Shown: positions 19,701-30,035, counted from the whole stretch's first letter. The stretch: DNA of 63,919 nt, filler included, from an uncultured bacterium (GCA_964471275.1; 3 parts of 3 records of this genome joined end to end with filler, not necessarily neighbours in it), one strand, 5' to 3'. Notes: a model not told the origin generated them from the sequence alone. Program-made: numbers and translations.

Positions 19701-20311
19701 TTCAGACAGGCATATTGACGCTGACGACCAATGACCCGTCGCAACAGGTGATCTCGATCAGCCTGTCAGGCCAGGCCACAGCGATCGATCCTCCTGCCGC
19801 TCCGCTGATCGCCGTCAGCGCAAACACGCTGGCTTTCGCAGAAACAGGGATCGGCGCATCGCAGATCCTGAACCTGACGGCAAAAAACCCCGGCGGCGCG
19901 GAGCTGATCATCAGCAGCATCTCTGCAGCGGGTCCGTTCTCCCTGTCCATTCAATCGGGCACCATCGCGGCCGGTGACAGTCTCGTTGTCGAAGTAACCT
20001 TCGTGCCGGTGACCGCGGGCAGCTTAGACGGGACGGTCACGTTCATCTCGAATGCCTCCGGTGACCCCGTGATCGTGTCTCTTTCAGGAACCGCGATCTC
20101 CTCATCCACAGGTGACTCCGAATCCGCCCTTCTGGGAGACATCGACGGCAGCGGTTCTGTAGACTTCACCGACTTCCTGTCCTTCGCACGAGCATTCGGA
20201 GCGACCTCGGAAGATGCGCTCTACGATGCCAGGGCAGACCTCGACAGCAATGGATCGATCGATTTCAGCGACTTCCTCACATTTGCGGGACAATTCGGCA
20301 AATCATTGTGA
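16748..20311 (+). CDS. secreted modular zinc metallopeptidase (M30-like) with 4 internal repeats, 2 ASPM-SPD-2-Hydin/Ig-like domains and C-terminal dockerin-like EF-hands
   Basis: signal peptide, PSDVDGNGKV, AHEFQHLIN, NEAMS; TVSNVGSETL-type domains; GDIDGSGSVDFTDFL repeat. Confidence 0.8.
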   Translation: MVVHIRHTVGLILLLCLTIPWVPNSTWAQQTGVPTQVSLPSGSGSLTLDFSVTDYQLILYSARRDEPDTTNTYDFTVSTAFSARPVVRLATAATRDGQTHKSRLREEERELTLHIHRSGRPAAAKQAAAFQIGTTRTFNFEEFGDVSTQTVMATLVATSNRAEAWVDNNTSAISTQTAQDQIDRFSSSTYPIVTDVFGAPSDVDGNGKVLFLYTELVDQVGGVAGFYRARSLFSSADGGDGNAADMMFIGLDHEVSFFESLLAHEFQHLINYNQHVLVQDGSSEISPINEAMSHIAEDLVDQHVEGGNPGNVRTYTEAPQLYSILAESAHDSGVRGTAYTFARSMMESYGDDIPTRLVQTGLSGIDNVENVSGQTFEQVYETYLARMFLTGSGLNDSYEFTYSFFTDPVSGGRSIPLPAEYAVSPDALTVTGSTKAFSASSIRLMGTGTSTVNITADPSGEFRGMLIAVPKDFRHDIALKADYFAGYTFDSSLPGTFTTGVNSRITGTTSISANTEILLRFDPLFSGGDTLRFTSIVQNSTFGISALFAHDKAGSYEMSLFAGQGDNSLPFVGRIPVVTVNRGSGTFELPADYFTGILLDTTVPTETAAGQAVRVSGTLADPSLSRILIKFTETTTRSEIESYVDVTAGVFESITVFAPEQTGTYEMEIFSGLTGQSLPSVGAYLGFSVIAADGPISLPADFFEGFRLSTGLPTTFGTGKGFSLAGSVDDTSLEVILFRFTAENGDQVRFQTDVSQGTFRKGAVFFPSQVGTYTLDVFAGPNGQSLPHRGSFSPIVVTAGLGPVFLPVDIFTGLLLDEPLLSEFFSDESRNLIGTLTDQTITQIALRLDGLNGSVGESEFASVSGGRFSVPLPVTGLRSGDYEIVLFAGQAGQSLPFLDSFGPVSIVASQPRLALSETMLTFATTEAGQTTTQTVTVSNVGSETLSLLGITIESGPFTVTASTSTIVAGGNAILTIASSPVSAGVQTGILTLTTNDPSQQVISISLSGQATAIDPPAAPLIAVSANTLAFAETGIGASQILNLTAKNPGGAELIISSISAAGPFSLSIQSGTIAAGDSLVVEVTFVPVTAGSLDGTVTFISNASGDPVIVSLSGTAISSSTGDSESALLGDIDGSGSVDFTDFLSFARAFGATSEDALYDARADLDSNGSIDFSDFLTFAGQFGKSL

Positions 20312-20407
20312 CCCGTTACCATCTACTCGACAAACACGCCCGGAACCAGACGAAACATCCGTAGAGTCGGTTCGTCTCATAGACGCACACTGATCCGGAG
20401 ACAGCTG

Positions 20408-21140
20408 ATGGATGACCTGTATCTCGACGCAGACCACCACGATCACCTCTACCCAAGCCCCGTAGATGAGTTCTGGCACCGTATGGTTGAAGAACACGGG
20501 GATCCTGTCCTCGAGTTGGGATGTGGAACCGGAAGAATCGCGCTCAACTTGGCCAGCAAGGGTCACGAGGTCACGGGCATCGACTATGCACCCGCCATGC
20601 TGGATCGCGCGATCTCAAAAGCGACTGATCGCGACTTGCGAGCCGAGTTCATTCAGGCAGCTGCGCGGTCATTCAGCCTGAACCGCTGCTTTCGCACCAT
20701 CATCTTCCCCACAAACGCACTTTGCCACATCATGACGCCGTCAGGACTTCGAAGATCTCGCCCGCTGTGTGCGTGCCTATCTGGTTCCTGACGGCGTATT
20801 TGTCATCGACGTGTTTGTCCCGAGTCCCATCGCCCTTTCACGCGATCCCGAAGGCCGGTATCCGTCTGGCCAGTACAAGGGTCCATCAGGCAAGGCCGGC
20901 ATGACATACAGCAGCCGATACGATCACACCACCCAGATCAATCATATCACGTTGTATACACAGTGTGGGGAGAGTGAGCCAGTGGAAGGTCGATTGGACA
21001 TGAAGATGCACTATCCTCAGGAACTCGATGTCCTGCTGGCCTACAACGGGCTGCCCATCGCCACTCGATACGGTACTCCTGAGCTCGACCCATTCGACGG
21101 TGAGTCGGGCCGCCAACTGATCGTCTGCCGAAAGGCCTGA
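20408..21140 (+). pseudogene. class I SAM methyltransferase, frameshifted
   Basis: VLELGCGTGR in one frame; continues RQDFEDLARCVRAYLVPDG in another frame after one extra base near 20738. Confidence 0.75.
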
Positions 21141-21142
21141 CC

Positions 21143-23026
21143 TTGTTCGACAGATCGTATCTGCCTCCGGCCAAAACGGAATTCGCAGTCATTGCGGATA
21201 CCCACTACATGATCGATCCGGGAGACCTTCCTCTCGAGTTCGAATCTCGACGACATCAGACCCATCGAAGCAAAGCTGCACTCAAGTTGCTGACTCGGTT
21301 GGGCGTAGATTGCATCTTCCACCTGGGTGACCTGATTCAGGAGTACCCCGAGACACCGGACTTCCCACGGGCCCTCGAGGAAGCCCTCCAGCAAATCGAC
21401 GAGATTGGTCTTGATCTACATCATTGTGCGGGCAATCACGACGTCGGTGACAAACCGGATCCCTCAATGCCCACGCATCCGGTGACAGCGAAAGGTCTGG
21501 AGAAGTATCACGATCGTGTTGGCAATTCCTGGTACAGCTTTGATCGCGGTGACCACCACTTTATCGTGCTGAATTCGCAGATCCTGAACACAGACCTCGA
21601 AGCCGCTACCGAGCAGCTGACGTGGTTGCGGACTGATCTCGAAGCGGCGTCCGATCGTCGGATCGCCCTGTTTCTGCATCTGCCGCCCTACCTGCTCGAT
21701 CCGACCGATGCTGCTTTCGGCAACTATGACGTCATTGAGGAACCCGCGCGCGCGCGTCTTCTGGACCTGGTTCATCGGTACGAAATCGAACTTGTCTGCT
21801 CGGCCCACGTCCACTTCGCCTTCTTTGACCGGCAGAAGAAAACCGACTCCTACATCCTCCCTTCACCGGCTTTCACCCGTCCCGGGTTCTCACATCTCTT
21901 CACATCGCCTCCCCCGCCGGAACACGGCCGGGACGATATGCCAAAGTTGGGATTCTACCTGTTCCGATCAGGATCAGGATTCCTGGACCAACACACGATC
22001 CGGACATCGGGACAGCTCGAGTTCGCCCCCGGCAGACGGGTGATCACGCGAACGGCTCGATCTCTACCCAAGGCGCGATTGGGGATGACGCTCACACACA
22101 CACCGACGCCGCTTGGCCAGGTCCCGCTCACCTACCCGTCGATTGTGCGCCAGACCGTCCGTAACGATTACCCGCTCCTGACCTGCCAGGAAATGGGGCT
22201 TCGACATCTCAGGGTACCGATCGACGACATCCTCAACGACGACCAGAATACCCGTCTTCAAATCGTGCGAGAGAGAGGCACGGCCCTGACCGCCATCCTG
22301 GCCGCCAGGCCCCCGGTGAAATGGGGAGACATCTACCCACGCGTAGCCCACCACGTAGACGCAATCGAACTCCAGGTCGGAAGAACCGACCTGCCGGCGA
22401 TAGCTGGTGCTCCGGATTCATCCATCCCGATCTCGCTTGCATCCGTCGATCCATCCGAACGCGTCACAGGGAAGCAGCATCTCCGAACACGCGTCGGTTT
22501 CCGTGTCGCTGACGCATCCTACAATCACCCTTTCGAGCGAACTGTCGTGTCGATCGCAGCGTGGGAGGACCCGGACGAGATCAGACAATTGATCGACTGT
22601 CCTTCTGAGAAACCAATAGATGTATCTCTGGACCTCCGCGACGATGACCAATCAAACACCGAGCGAGTCGCCAGGGCATCCCTTCTTGTGGCGTGCCTGC
22701 CGCGTGCGCGGTTGTTCTGTCAGCCCTACCTGGATCTGGACCGGACGATGGACGTCGCCAGGGGCTTCCTCGACCCCTTGTGCAACCCGCGCCCAGTCGT
22801 GAGCGTTTACCGATTGCTCAACACGATCCTGTTCAGCGGGGGTGAAACCTGGTCGCTCACCCACGAGACTCCCCTGACCATTCGGTCCGAACAACGTGAA
22901 TTGATCCTCGGGTGCAGACCAACTTCCTACCCACAAGCACACCGATACGACCTGATTTCCGGAAACAGGCTGGAGTTTTCGGACGAGGTTGATGTGGCAC
23001 TCGGCTTGTGGGACATTTCGGTATAG
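21143..23026 (+). CDS. calcineurin-like metallophosphoesterase with a large C-terminal domain
   Basis: DTH, GD, GNHD, H and AHVH motifs in the N-terminal half. Confidence 0.8.
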   Translation: MFDRSYLPPAKTEFAVIADTHYMIDPGDLPLEFESRRHQTHRSKAALKLLTRLGVDCIFHLGDLIQEYPETPDFPRALEEALQQIDEIGLDLHHCAGNHDVGDKPDPSMPTHPVTAKGLEKYHDRVGNSWYSFDRGDHHFIVLNSQILNTDLEAATEQLTWLRTDLEAASDRRIALFLHLPPYLLDPTDAAFGNYDVIEEPARARLLDLVHRYEIELVCSAHVHFAFFDRQKKTDSYILPSPAFTRPGFSHLFTSPPPPEHGRDDMPKLGFYLFRSGSGFLDQHTIRTSGQLEFAPGRRVITRTARSLPKARLGMTLTHTPTPLGQVPLTYPSIVRQTVRNDYPLLTCQEMGLRHLRVPIDDILNDDQNTRLQIVRERGTALTAILAARPPVKWGDIYPRVAHHVDAIELQVGRTDLPAIAGAPDSSIPISLASVDPSERVTGKQHLRTRVGFRVADASYNHPFERTVVSIAAWEDPDEIRQLIDCPSEKPIDVSLDLRDDDQSNTERVARASLLVACLPRARLFCQPYLDLDRTMDVARGFLDPLCNPRPVVSVYRLLNTILFSGGETWSLTHETPLTIRSEQRELILGCRPTSYPQAHRYDLISGNRLEFSDEVDVALGLWDISV

Positions 23027-23153
23027 ATATTCTTTTACCAACCCCATGTTCCAATCATGGCTCCCTATTCATAGGGAAGGATCACTGCCTCTCACCTCCG
23101 CGGAATGATGTCCCATGCCATACGAGCGACTGGTTCGAGTCGCCAACTCATCC

Positions 23154-23478
23154 TGACCTGCCCCAATCTGTGTGCTTACATCCAGAGTTAGGATGCGGGT
23201 GCTGATAGCGGTCCTGGAACCGTTTCGGGTGCAGGTAGTTTGTATCCCAATGAACTGTGTGGAGGGACCTGATTGTACTCTCGCCGGCAGACCTCAGTCA
23301 ACACTTTTGCCTCTTGCAACGTTGTGAAGATTTCTCTGTCGAGGAGTTCATCCCTGATCTTCCTGTTGAAGCTTTCGACGTAACCATTCTCCCAGAGACT
23401 GCCCGGCTCGATATAAAGAGTTCCGACCTCGAGCCTCGAGAGCCAGTCCCGAACGGCTTTGGCCACGAACTCAGGCCC
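23154..23478 (-). mobile_element. IS3-family element, 3' end of transposase plus terminal repeat (contig end)
   Basis: YIEPGSLWENGYVESFN...YNQVPPHSSLGYKLP integrase core; end TGACCTGCCCC. Confidence 0.9.
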
Positions 23479-23578
23479 NNNNNNNNNNNNNNNNNNNNNN
23501 NNNNNNNNNNNNNNNNNNNNNNTTAATTAATTAANNNNNNNNNNNNNNNNNNNNNNNNNNNNNNNNNNNNNNNNNNNN
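23479..23578. other. artificial contig linker
   Basis: 44 N + TTAATTAATTAA (six-frame stop) + 44 N. Confidence 0.97.
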
Positions 23579-25255
23579 GTAGAAGGGCTTCTTTGCACGG
23601 TTCGCAGCGCCGCCGGGAAGATGGTTTTGCAGGTAGTTACGTAGCAGCCACTTCGTCGTGGAGCCCTGTATCTTGCACTCCGTGGGAACGTGCCCGAGAA
23701 ACTCGACGAGTAAGTGATCCATGAAGGGGACACGTGCCTCGATCGAGCTTGCCATACTGGTCTTGTCGACCTTCATCAAGATGTTGTCTGGAAGCCAGTT
23801 GTCGAAGCCCAGCGATAGCACACGGTTGAGGTAGGAACTCGCCGCGCCGGGCTCTCGAACGTCGCGAAAATGCTCGAGTGAACCTGCAAAATGCGCCGTG
23901 TACAGGCCTTGCTTATCTCGCGAATCGAACAGAGACGTTAGGTGGCGTAGCTGACGTCCAGGTCCCGCGGAGGGTAGAAGTTTCAGGTAGTCGGCCGTCT
24001 TGGTGCGAGACCGACTGCCAAAGCGCCCCGGATATGGGAACATCGCGCGCAATAGCGCCAGGGGTGTGCGCTCCAGGATTTCGGGTGCTGCGCTCTCGAT
24101 CAGCCAGGGGGGCAGGCGGTTGGAGAGTTGCTGTGATCGAAGCATGAACTTGTGGAATGCATATCCCCCGAGTGTTTCGTCGGCGCCTTCACCTGTGAGC
24201 ACCACCTTGACCTGCTCACTGGCATACGAGGAGAGGAGATGCATGGGGACGACGATGGCATCTCCGATAGGTTCGTCGAGATGCCAGATGATCTCGGGAA
24301 GGTGTCTGAAGTCGGCTTCTCCACAAGTGATCTCGTGATGTTCGGTGCCGAGCCGCTCTGAAGTTTTCCGGGCCTGCCCCGTTTCATCCTGGTCCCAGTC
24401 AAACCCGATGCTGAACGTCTTGACTGGCGACGATGTCTGTCTGGCCATGGCGGACACGACCGCAGTCGAGTCAAGTCCGCCGCTCAGGAAGGCGCCGACG
24501 GGAACATCGCTCTCGAGATGCAGGGAGATGGTTTCTTCAAATAGGTCGTTGAATTGGGTTTGAAGTTCCTGTGGATCTCCCAGCTGTACATTGAAGTCAG
24601 GTTTCCAGTAGGGTGCGATCTCCATCCCGCTTCGGTCGATCGTCAGGAAATGACCGGGTGGCAGTTTCTTGATGCCCTGGATGAATGAATCCGGACCTGG
24701 TGAGTAGCGGTGCGTGAGGTAGTCGTCGATGGCTTCGGGGCGTATTTCCCGCGAGATCACCGGGCATTCCAGTAGAGCCTTTGTTTCTGAGGCAAAAGCG
24801 AACAGGTTTGCGTCCTGCCAGTAGTAGAGCGGCTTTATCCCGACCCGGTCTCTTGCGACCGTCAACTGACGTCTCTTCAGGTCGTAGAGAGCGAATGTGA
24901 ACATGCCGCGAAGGTGATGCAGCGCGTCGATACCGAACTCCTCGTAGAGGTGCACGATGGTCTCCGTGTCCGACTGGGAGGTAAACGTGTGTCCACGAGA
25001 TTGGAGCTGAGCCCGCAGGCGCGCGTGGTTGTAGATCTCGCCGTTGAAGACTAGCGCAAGCGTACGGTCTTCGTTCCAGATAGGCTGTGAGCCAGTGGGA
25101 AGGTCGATGATGCTGAGACGGCGCATGCCGAAACCTGTGTCGCCGAATTCCGCGCTGCCCTCGTCATCCGGTCCGCGATGGGCTATCGCATCCAGCATAC
25201 GAGGTAGGAAGGTTGATCCGTTTCTGAAGCCGTGGTAGCCGGCGATACCGCACAT
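23579..25255 (-). CDS. asnB: asparagine synthase (glutamine-hydrolysing) family amidotransferase, 3' truncated by the gap
   Basis: MCGIAG, HRGPD, RRLSIID, FNGEIYN, LSGGLDS, TGEGADE, EARVPF. Confidence 0.92.
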
Positions 25256-25288
25256 CGTTCAGTCCTTGGTAAAGGCTTTCCGGTGGGT

Positions 25289-26167
25289 CTAAGCGACTTT
25301 CCGTTTCGTGGTTGTGTCCGAGGTGTCCTGAACGTCCTTCTTCCTGCCGACAGCGAAGATCATGAAGCCCGCTGTCCTGTCCAGAATACGGTGAAGGAAG
25401 CGAGGGATGGGGAAGGGGAGTGAGCGAGCAGGGAAGAAGTGCAGAAACATGTGCTCCACCTCGAAGTAGGGAGAGAGCATCTCACGGTATTCTACCTCGC
25501 TGTATGCTTTCCCTATCGGGTTTTCGTCACCATCGTAGAGCCGGACGATCTCGTCGACATCGTCCTCTGCATAGATGCCGTCACGACCACGTCCCTTGAT
25601 CCTGGCCCCGAAGAGCCGCGCTACCTTTCCCAGGAAGCGGGCGGCGGGCCAGAGTCTGAGGAAGACATTCTTGTAGTAGACCGAGATCATGGCGGTTCCG
25701 CCCGGTCTTAGCACGCGCGCGATCTCCCGAACGCAACCCTCCGTGTCTGGTGTATGGTGAATGACCCCGTTGCAGTTCACGTGAGAAAACGTGCCATCCG
25801 GGAATGTCATCGATTCAGCGTTCTGCTGGCTGATTTCGAGGTCGATGCCCTGGAGCTGGGCACGTTTGTGAGTCAGCTCGATCGCGGCTCGGGTCAGGTC
25901 CGCCGCGACAACGCGCTGAGCGCCGTTCCGGGCGAGTTCGACCGACCAGTTTCCCGGCCCACACCCCAGGTCCAGCACATTGTCCGTGTTGTCGTTCTCG
26001 GGGTATACCCGGGGGTCGACTTCACCCGCGAAAAGGTCGTTCACAAACAGCTCTCGGATTTCGTCATAGAACTCCGGTGTCCCTGGCTCACTCGTTGTCT
26101 CGCCGGCGAAGAGGGGATTCTCCTCCCAGAACTTCTGTACGGCCACGACAGTCTTATCGCTCATCAT
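25289..26167 (-). CDS. class I SAM-dependent methyltransferase
   Basis: VLDLGCGPG, GVIHHTPD, RVLRPGG. Confidence 0.9.
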   Translation of the reverse strand: MMSDKTVVAVQKFWEENPLFAGETTSEPGTPEFYDEIRELFVNDLFAGEVDPRVYPENDNTDNVLDLGCGPGNWSVELARNGAQRVVAADLTRAAIELTHKRAQLQGIDLEISQQNAESMTFPDGTFSHVNCNGVIHHTPDTEGCVREIARVLRPGGTAMISVYYKNVFLRLWPAARFLGKVARLFGARIKGRGRDGIYAEDDVDEIVRLYDGDENPIGKAYSEVEYREMLSPYFEVEHMFLHFFPARSLPFPIPRFLHRILDRTAGFMIFAVGRKKDVQDTSDTTTKRKVA

Positions 26168-27186
26168 TCGGTTCCTTGCGTTTGCGAAGTGGTGGTGAGC
26201 CCGGGGTGCGTGATCCTGGCGGACCTCGGTGACTCTGCGCCGATCGGATGGACTTCGGGTAAGTGGGCGGCGGAGACCCGTCGTCTGCCCGATTCAACGG
26301 GTGGGCTCCCGAGGTTCGGAGTTCTGGAAAGCTCTCTTCTGATGTGTGCTATCTGGTCTGCAAGCAGACCGAAGAAGAAGGTGAATGCCCCGACGGTCCC
26401 GAGGATCACTGCCGCATTGTTGACGATCCGGTGGATCACGATGTTGTATCCCAGCATACTAGCACCCAGTGCGAGCATCCCGAAGCTGATTGGCATGAAG
26501 ATCTTCTGTGGGGAGAACATCATGATGATTCGGAGGATGATGTTGATAAACCGCAATCCGTCCTTGAACGGTTGAATGCTGCTTGATCCTGCCTGACGCT
26601 TCCGAATCGTGCTGAGTGGCTCATAGCCGATCGTGTAGCCTGCATGCAGGAAGGACATGATGCTCGTTGTCGGGTAGGAATACCGGTTTGGCAGCAGGTG
26701 CACGAAGCGCAGAATCTTGTTTCTGCGAAACGCTCGGAAACCTGACGTCAGGTCCGGGATCCCGTGCCCCGAGAGGTATTCGGCGACCTTGATGAGTCCC
26801 CAATTCCCTATCGAGCGGAAGGCTGAGACTTTGGCGTCTCTTGTGCGAGCACCGACCACCATGTCATACTCATCCATCCGATCGAGCAGCTTTGGTATGT
26901 CCGCAGGGTCGTGTTGTCCGTCGCCATCCATATAGAGCAGCACGTCGCCGGTCGCTTCCCGGATACCGGTCTTGACGGCTGCTCCGTTTCCAATGTTGTA
27001 TGGATGTCGGACGACTGAGGCGCCGGCACTCTGGGCGATGGCAGCTGTATCATCTGAAGAACCGTCGTCGACGACGAGGATCTCATTGATCCCGTCGATT
27101 GACCGGACCTGCTGCACGATCTGTCCGATCGTCCCCGATTCGTTGTATGCGGGGATGACGACAGAGACTGACCAGGGACGTTCCAT
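26164..27186 (-). CDS. GT2 polyprenol-phosphate glycosyltransferase (DPM1/ArnC-like)
   Basis: IPAYNE, VDDGSSD, DGDGQH, DLTSGFR; two C-terminal TMs. Confidence 0.9.
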   Translation of the reverse strand: MERPWSVSVVIPAYNESGTIGQIVQQVRSIDGINEILVVDDGSSDDTAAIAQSAGASVVRHPYNIGNGAAVKTGIREATGDVLLYMDGDGQHDPADIPKLLDRMDEYDMVVGARTRDAKVSAFRSIGNWGLIKVAEYLSGHGIPDLTSGFRAFRRNKILRFVHLLPNRYSYPTTSIMSFLHAGYTIGYEPLSTIRKRQAGSSSIQPFKDGLRFINIILRIIMMFSPQKIFMPISFGMLALGASMLGYNIVIHRIVNNAAVILGTVGAFTFFFGLLADQIAHIRRELSRTPNLGSPPVESGRRRVSAAHLPEVHPIGAESPRSARITHPGLTTTSQTQGTE

Positions 27187-27189
27187 GGA

Positions 27190-28638
27190 TTATTCTCCTC
27201 TCAGCGCAAAGTCGACGACGTTGCTCGCAGCGATACTGAGCCGCTTGATGTCATCAATCCCGCGTACCTGATTTACGGCTGTTTGCATCATGTATCCGGG
27301 GCGGAGGTAGAACTCGCGATACGCCTTCTGCACATACGCCTCGAGTTCTTCCTTCTTGAGGTCGGTGTAGTGTTCGTTGAAGAGTCCCTCGGTATGGAGT
27401 CGACCGAGATCGCTGGCGGACCCGTCTTTTATCTCCGGGAATATTTCGGAGACTTCGTCAAACAGAGGTGTCCCGGGATAAGGTGTGCAGAGTCCGAATG
27501 TGGCGGTTGCCGGATTCAGCTCTTTGACGAATGCGATCGTACGCTCGACCGTTTCGGCATTGTCACCCGGGTTGCCAAGCATCACGTGTGCGTGTGCGTG
27601 GATTCCGACCTCGTGGATCCAATCGAAGACCTGGTATGCCTGGTCGACGGTGTAGCCCTTTTGAATTCGGTCGAGGATGCTCTGGACCCCGGATTCGATC
27701 CCGAATTTGATCGTGTGGCAGCCGGCATCCTTCGCAAGCTGCATCATCTCCTTATCGATCATGCTCACGCGTGCGTTCGCGATCCAGGTGACATCCAGAC
27801 CACGTTTGATAATCTCCTCGCAGATCTTGATATCGCGCTTCTTCCAGACGAAGAACGTGTCGTCGCGAAAGTAGACTTCGCGGTACCTGTGGTCGAGGAA
27901 GTATTCGATCTCGTCGACTACATACTCGGCAGACTGGAAGCGAACCTTCATCCCGTCGAAGTAGGGGGCCGTGCAGAAGGTGCACTTTGCCGGGCATCCC
28001 TTCGATGTTGTCGTCGTGATGTAGGGCATCCTGCGGACGAGCGGGTTGTAGTAGTCGATGTGCTTTGGCAGCATCGTGACATCGGGAAACGGCAACTCGT
28101 CAAGGTTGATATACGGGTACTCCGGATTGAGGATATGCGCCTCACCGTTTCGATATCCGATCCCGTTCACGGTCTTCCACGCGTCACCACCCTCTCGAAG
28201 TGATCGGAAGAGATCACGGATGATGAACTCCGGCTCGTGTCGGATGATGATGTCGGCACCCTCGTGTGCGAGCGAGTAGTTCGGCATGAAGGTCGGGTGC
28301 GATCCGAACATTACGGTCGTGAGCCTTGGATTTGCGGCCTTGAGCGATAGCAATGTGTCCGCGTCCTCTCGGAAGCTCATCGTCGAGGTCGAGATTATTG
28401 CGGCCTCGTTCTCGATGGCCTCACGCTCGACCAGCTCAAACGGGAGTTGCTCTGCTTGCGCGTCGAGGAACGTGATCTCATGCCCGTCATCCTGAAGGAT
28501 CGTAGCGATCTCCAGCAGCGCGAAGGGCGGGACCGTCGCGCCGCCGATGCGTTTGCCTTTGCACCAGCATCCGTAGAGAACGTCGCGAATGACATTCTTC
28601 GTCGAGCTGCTGGCTGGGTTGAGCACAAGGATCTTCAT
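27190..28638 (-). CDS. B12-binding radical SAM protein
   Basis: N-terminal cobalamin-binding-like domain (GSHPT); GCPAKCTFC; FGIESG; PYPGTPL. Confidence 0.9.
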   Translation of the reverse strand: MKILVLNPASSSTKNVIRDVLYGCWCKGKRIGGATVPPFALLEIATILQDDGHEITFLDAQAEQLPFELVEREAIENEAAIISTSTMSFREDADTLLSLKAANPRLTTVMFGSHPTFMPNYSLAHEGADIIIRHEPEFIIRDLFRSLREGGDAWKTVNGIGYRNGEAHILNPEYPYINLDELPFPDVTMLPKHIDYYNPLVRRMPYITTTTSKGCPAKCTFCTAPYFDGMKVRFQSAEYVVDEIEYFLDHRYREVYFRDDTFFVWKKRDIKICEEIIKRGLDVTWIANARVSMIDKEMMQLAKDAGCHTIKFGIESGVQSILDRIQKGYTVDQAYQVFDWIHEVGIHAHAHVMLGNPGDNAETVERTIAFVKELNPATATFGLCTPYPGTPLFDEVSEIFPEIKDGSASDLGRLHTEGLFNEHYTDLKKEELEAYVQKAYREFYLRPGYMMQTAVNQVRGIDDIKRLSIAASNVVDFALRGE

Positions 28639-30035
28639 GTAACGGTCTCCTTTGGCACGGAAGCCCCGATCTGGAGCAGGTCTGCAGTCTCTCTACGATC
28701 ACAGGGCGTCTGTGTATCGATCTTGATGTTGAATTTGCTCCACCATTTCCAGATTTCTCGAAGTCTGTAGGTGAAGGCTTCCAGCCAGGGAAGAGGTAGG
28801 TGGTTGAGGAACGTCCGAACGGGATAGCTCCTGATCGTCGCGATTATGGCTGCGACGCCTCGCTCTCCGAGTCTTCTCTTGATCCCGACACTGGGTGTCG
28901 GCAGTCTGTAGTCGGGAACAGCACGTCCGGATCGACGACGGTTTTGGATCCGCAGCATGGAGCCGACCTTCTTGTTATCCAGACTGTGCGCGTGCATTTT
29001 GACCGCGTCGTGAATGCTGACTTCCTCCACGTGGAGATCCCCGTTCTGAACCGCTTCCTGCACCAGTTCGTCACCCTTCCTGTTGCGGGTCACGATGACG
29101 GACCAACCGCCATCCGGAGCTTTGCCCTCGTATTTCCAGCCGTCACCGACGGAAACGTCGGCGAATTCGGCCGTGATGTCGGTGCAGACGTGACACCGGT
29201 CTACGTCGTAAAGGAAGCTCAGGTAGTTGAATGTGTATTTGCTGATCGAGAAATTTCGACCATCCTTGAGGTTGACTTGAAAGTTGCCCGGCCATTTCCC
29301 TTCTCTGTAGCGGAGGGATTCGATCTGGCTGTGGTCCTTGATTCCGAATCGCTTGAACAGCGCGGCAGTTGCGCTGAAGTAAAGAGTGTCGCCGCAGTAG
29401 AGGCCAATCGTATACTCGATCTGACGCGTCCAGGCCGGGCGAATACCGTCGAGCTTCTTCATTCCGTGGATCTGGCAAGGCAGGCCGACATAGGCGAGTC
29501 GCTTGCGATAGTTCGTGATGTCCGCGGCGCCCATCTGTCCGGGAATGACATACTTGCTCTGGGCAGCCTTCCTGATCTCTTCCTCACTCTCGACAATCCT
29601 GGATCTGAACTGGTAGGGGCGGTCTTCTACTTCGGTTAGGACCAACGCGCCGTCCACCTTGTCCGTGGCCTTTGCGTGGAGAAGGAGGGCGGTGATGACG
29701 CCGCCGCTGCTTCCCGAAGCCCTCACATCTGAATCTCGGGCGTGACCCAGGTAGATGCGGCGGTAGGTTCCCAGGTATTCGGAGAAATCGCATTCATCCT
29801 CCGCGTGTGCTTCGCGGAGAGCGGTGAAGTCGACCGTCTTGCCGGGACATATCTCGACGCAGATATCGCAGGTCGGGCATTCCCCTACGAGTTCGGGCAG
29901 GCTGCCTTTATCCGGGGCAGATGTGCCGATCACGTCCACCGGACAGGCCTCGATGCACAGCCCGCAGTGGGTGCATAACCCCGGATCGATGATCTCACGC
30001 TTGAGATCTTCGAATTTGTGGTGCCTACGTCTCAT
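28635..30035 (-). CDS. FrhB/FdhB (F420 hydrogenase beta)-like protein with N-terminal ferredoxin
   Basis: CTHCGLCIEACP, CPTCDICVEICP, SSGGVIT, QSKY, GLPCQ, GLYC, CHVC, ADVSVGD. Confidence 0.88.
   Translation of the reverse strand: MRRRHHKFEDLKREIIDPGLCTHCGLCIEACPVDVIGTSAPDKGSLPELVGECPTCDICVEICPGKTVDFTALREAHAEDECDFSEYLGTYRRIYLGHARDSDVRASGSSGGVITALLLHAKATDKVDGALVLTEVEDRPYQFRSRIVESEEEIRKAAQSKYVIPGQMGAADITNYRKRLAYVGLPCQIHGMKKLDGIRPAWTRQIEYTIGLYCGDTLYFSATAALFKRFGIKDHSQIESLRYREGKWPGNFQVNLKDGRNFSISKYTFNYLSFLYDVDRCHVCTDITAEFADVSVGDGWKYEGKAPDGGWSVIVTRNRKGDELVQEAVQNGDLHVEEVSIHDAVKMHAHSLDNKKVGSMLRIQNRRRSGRAVPDYRLPTPSVGIKRRLGERGVAAIIATIRSYPVRTFLNHLPLPWLEAFTYRLREIWKWWSKFNIKIDTQTPCDRRETADLLQIGASVPKETVT

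Noticed and set aside
23523..23534. TTAATTAATTAA repeated at two sites as a biological repeat
   Set aside because: Embedded in N-runs; an assembly linker.
28635..30035. True F420-reducing hydrogenase
   Set aside because: No NiFe large or small subunits; FrhB-like genes are common in glycan loci.
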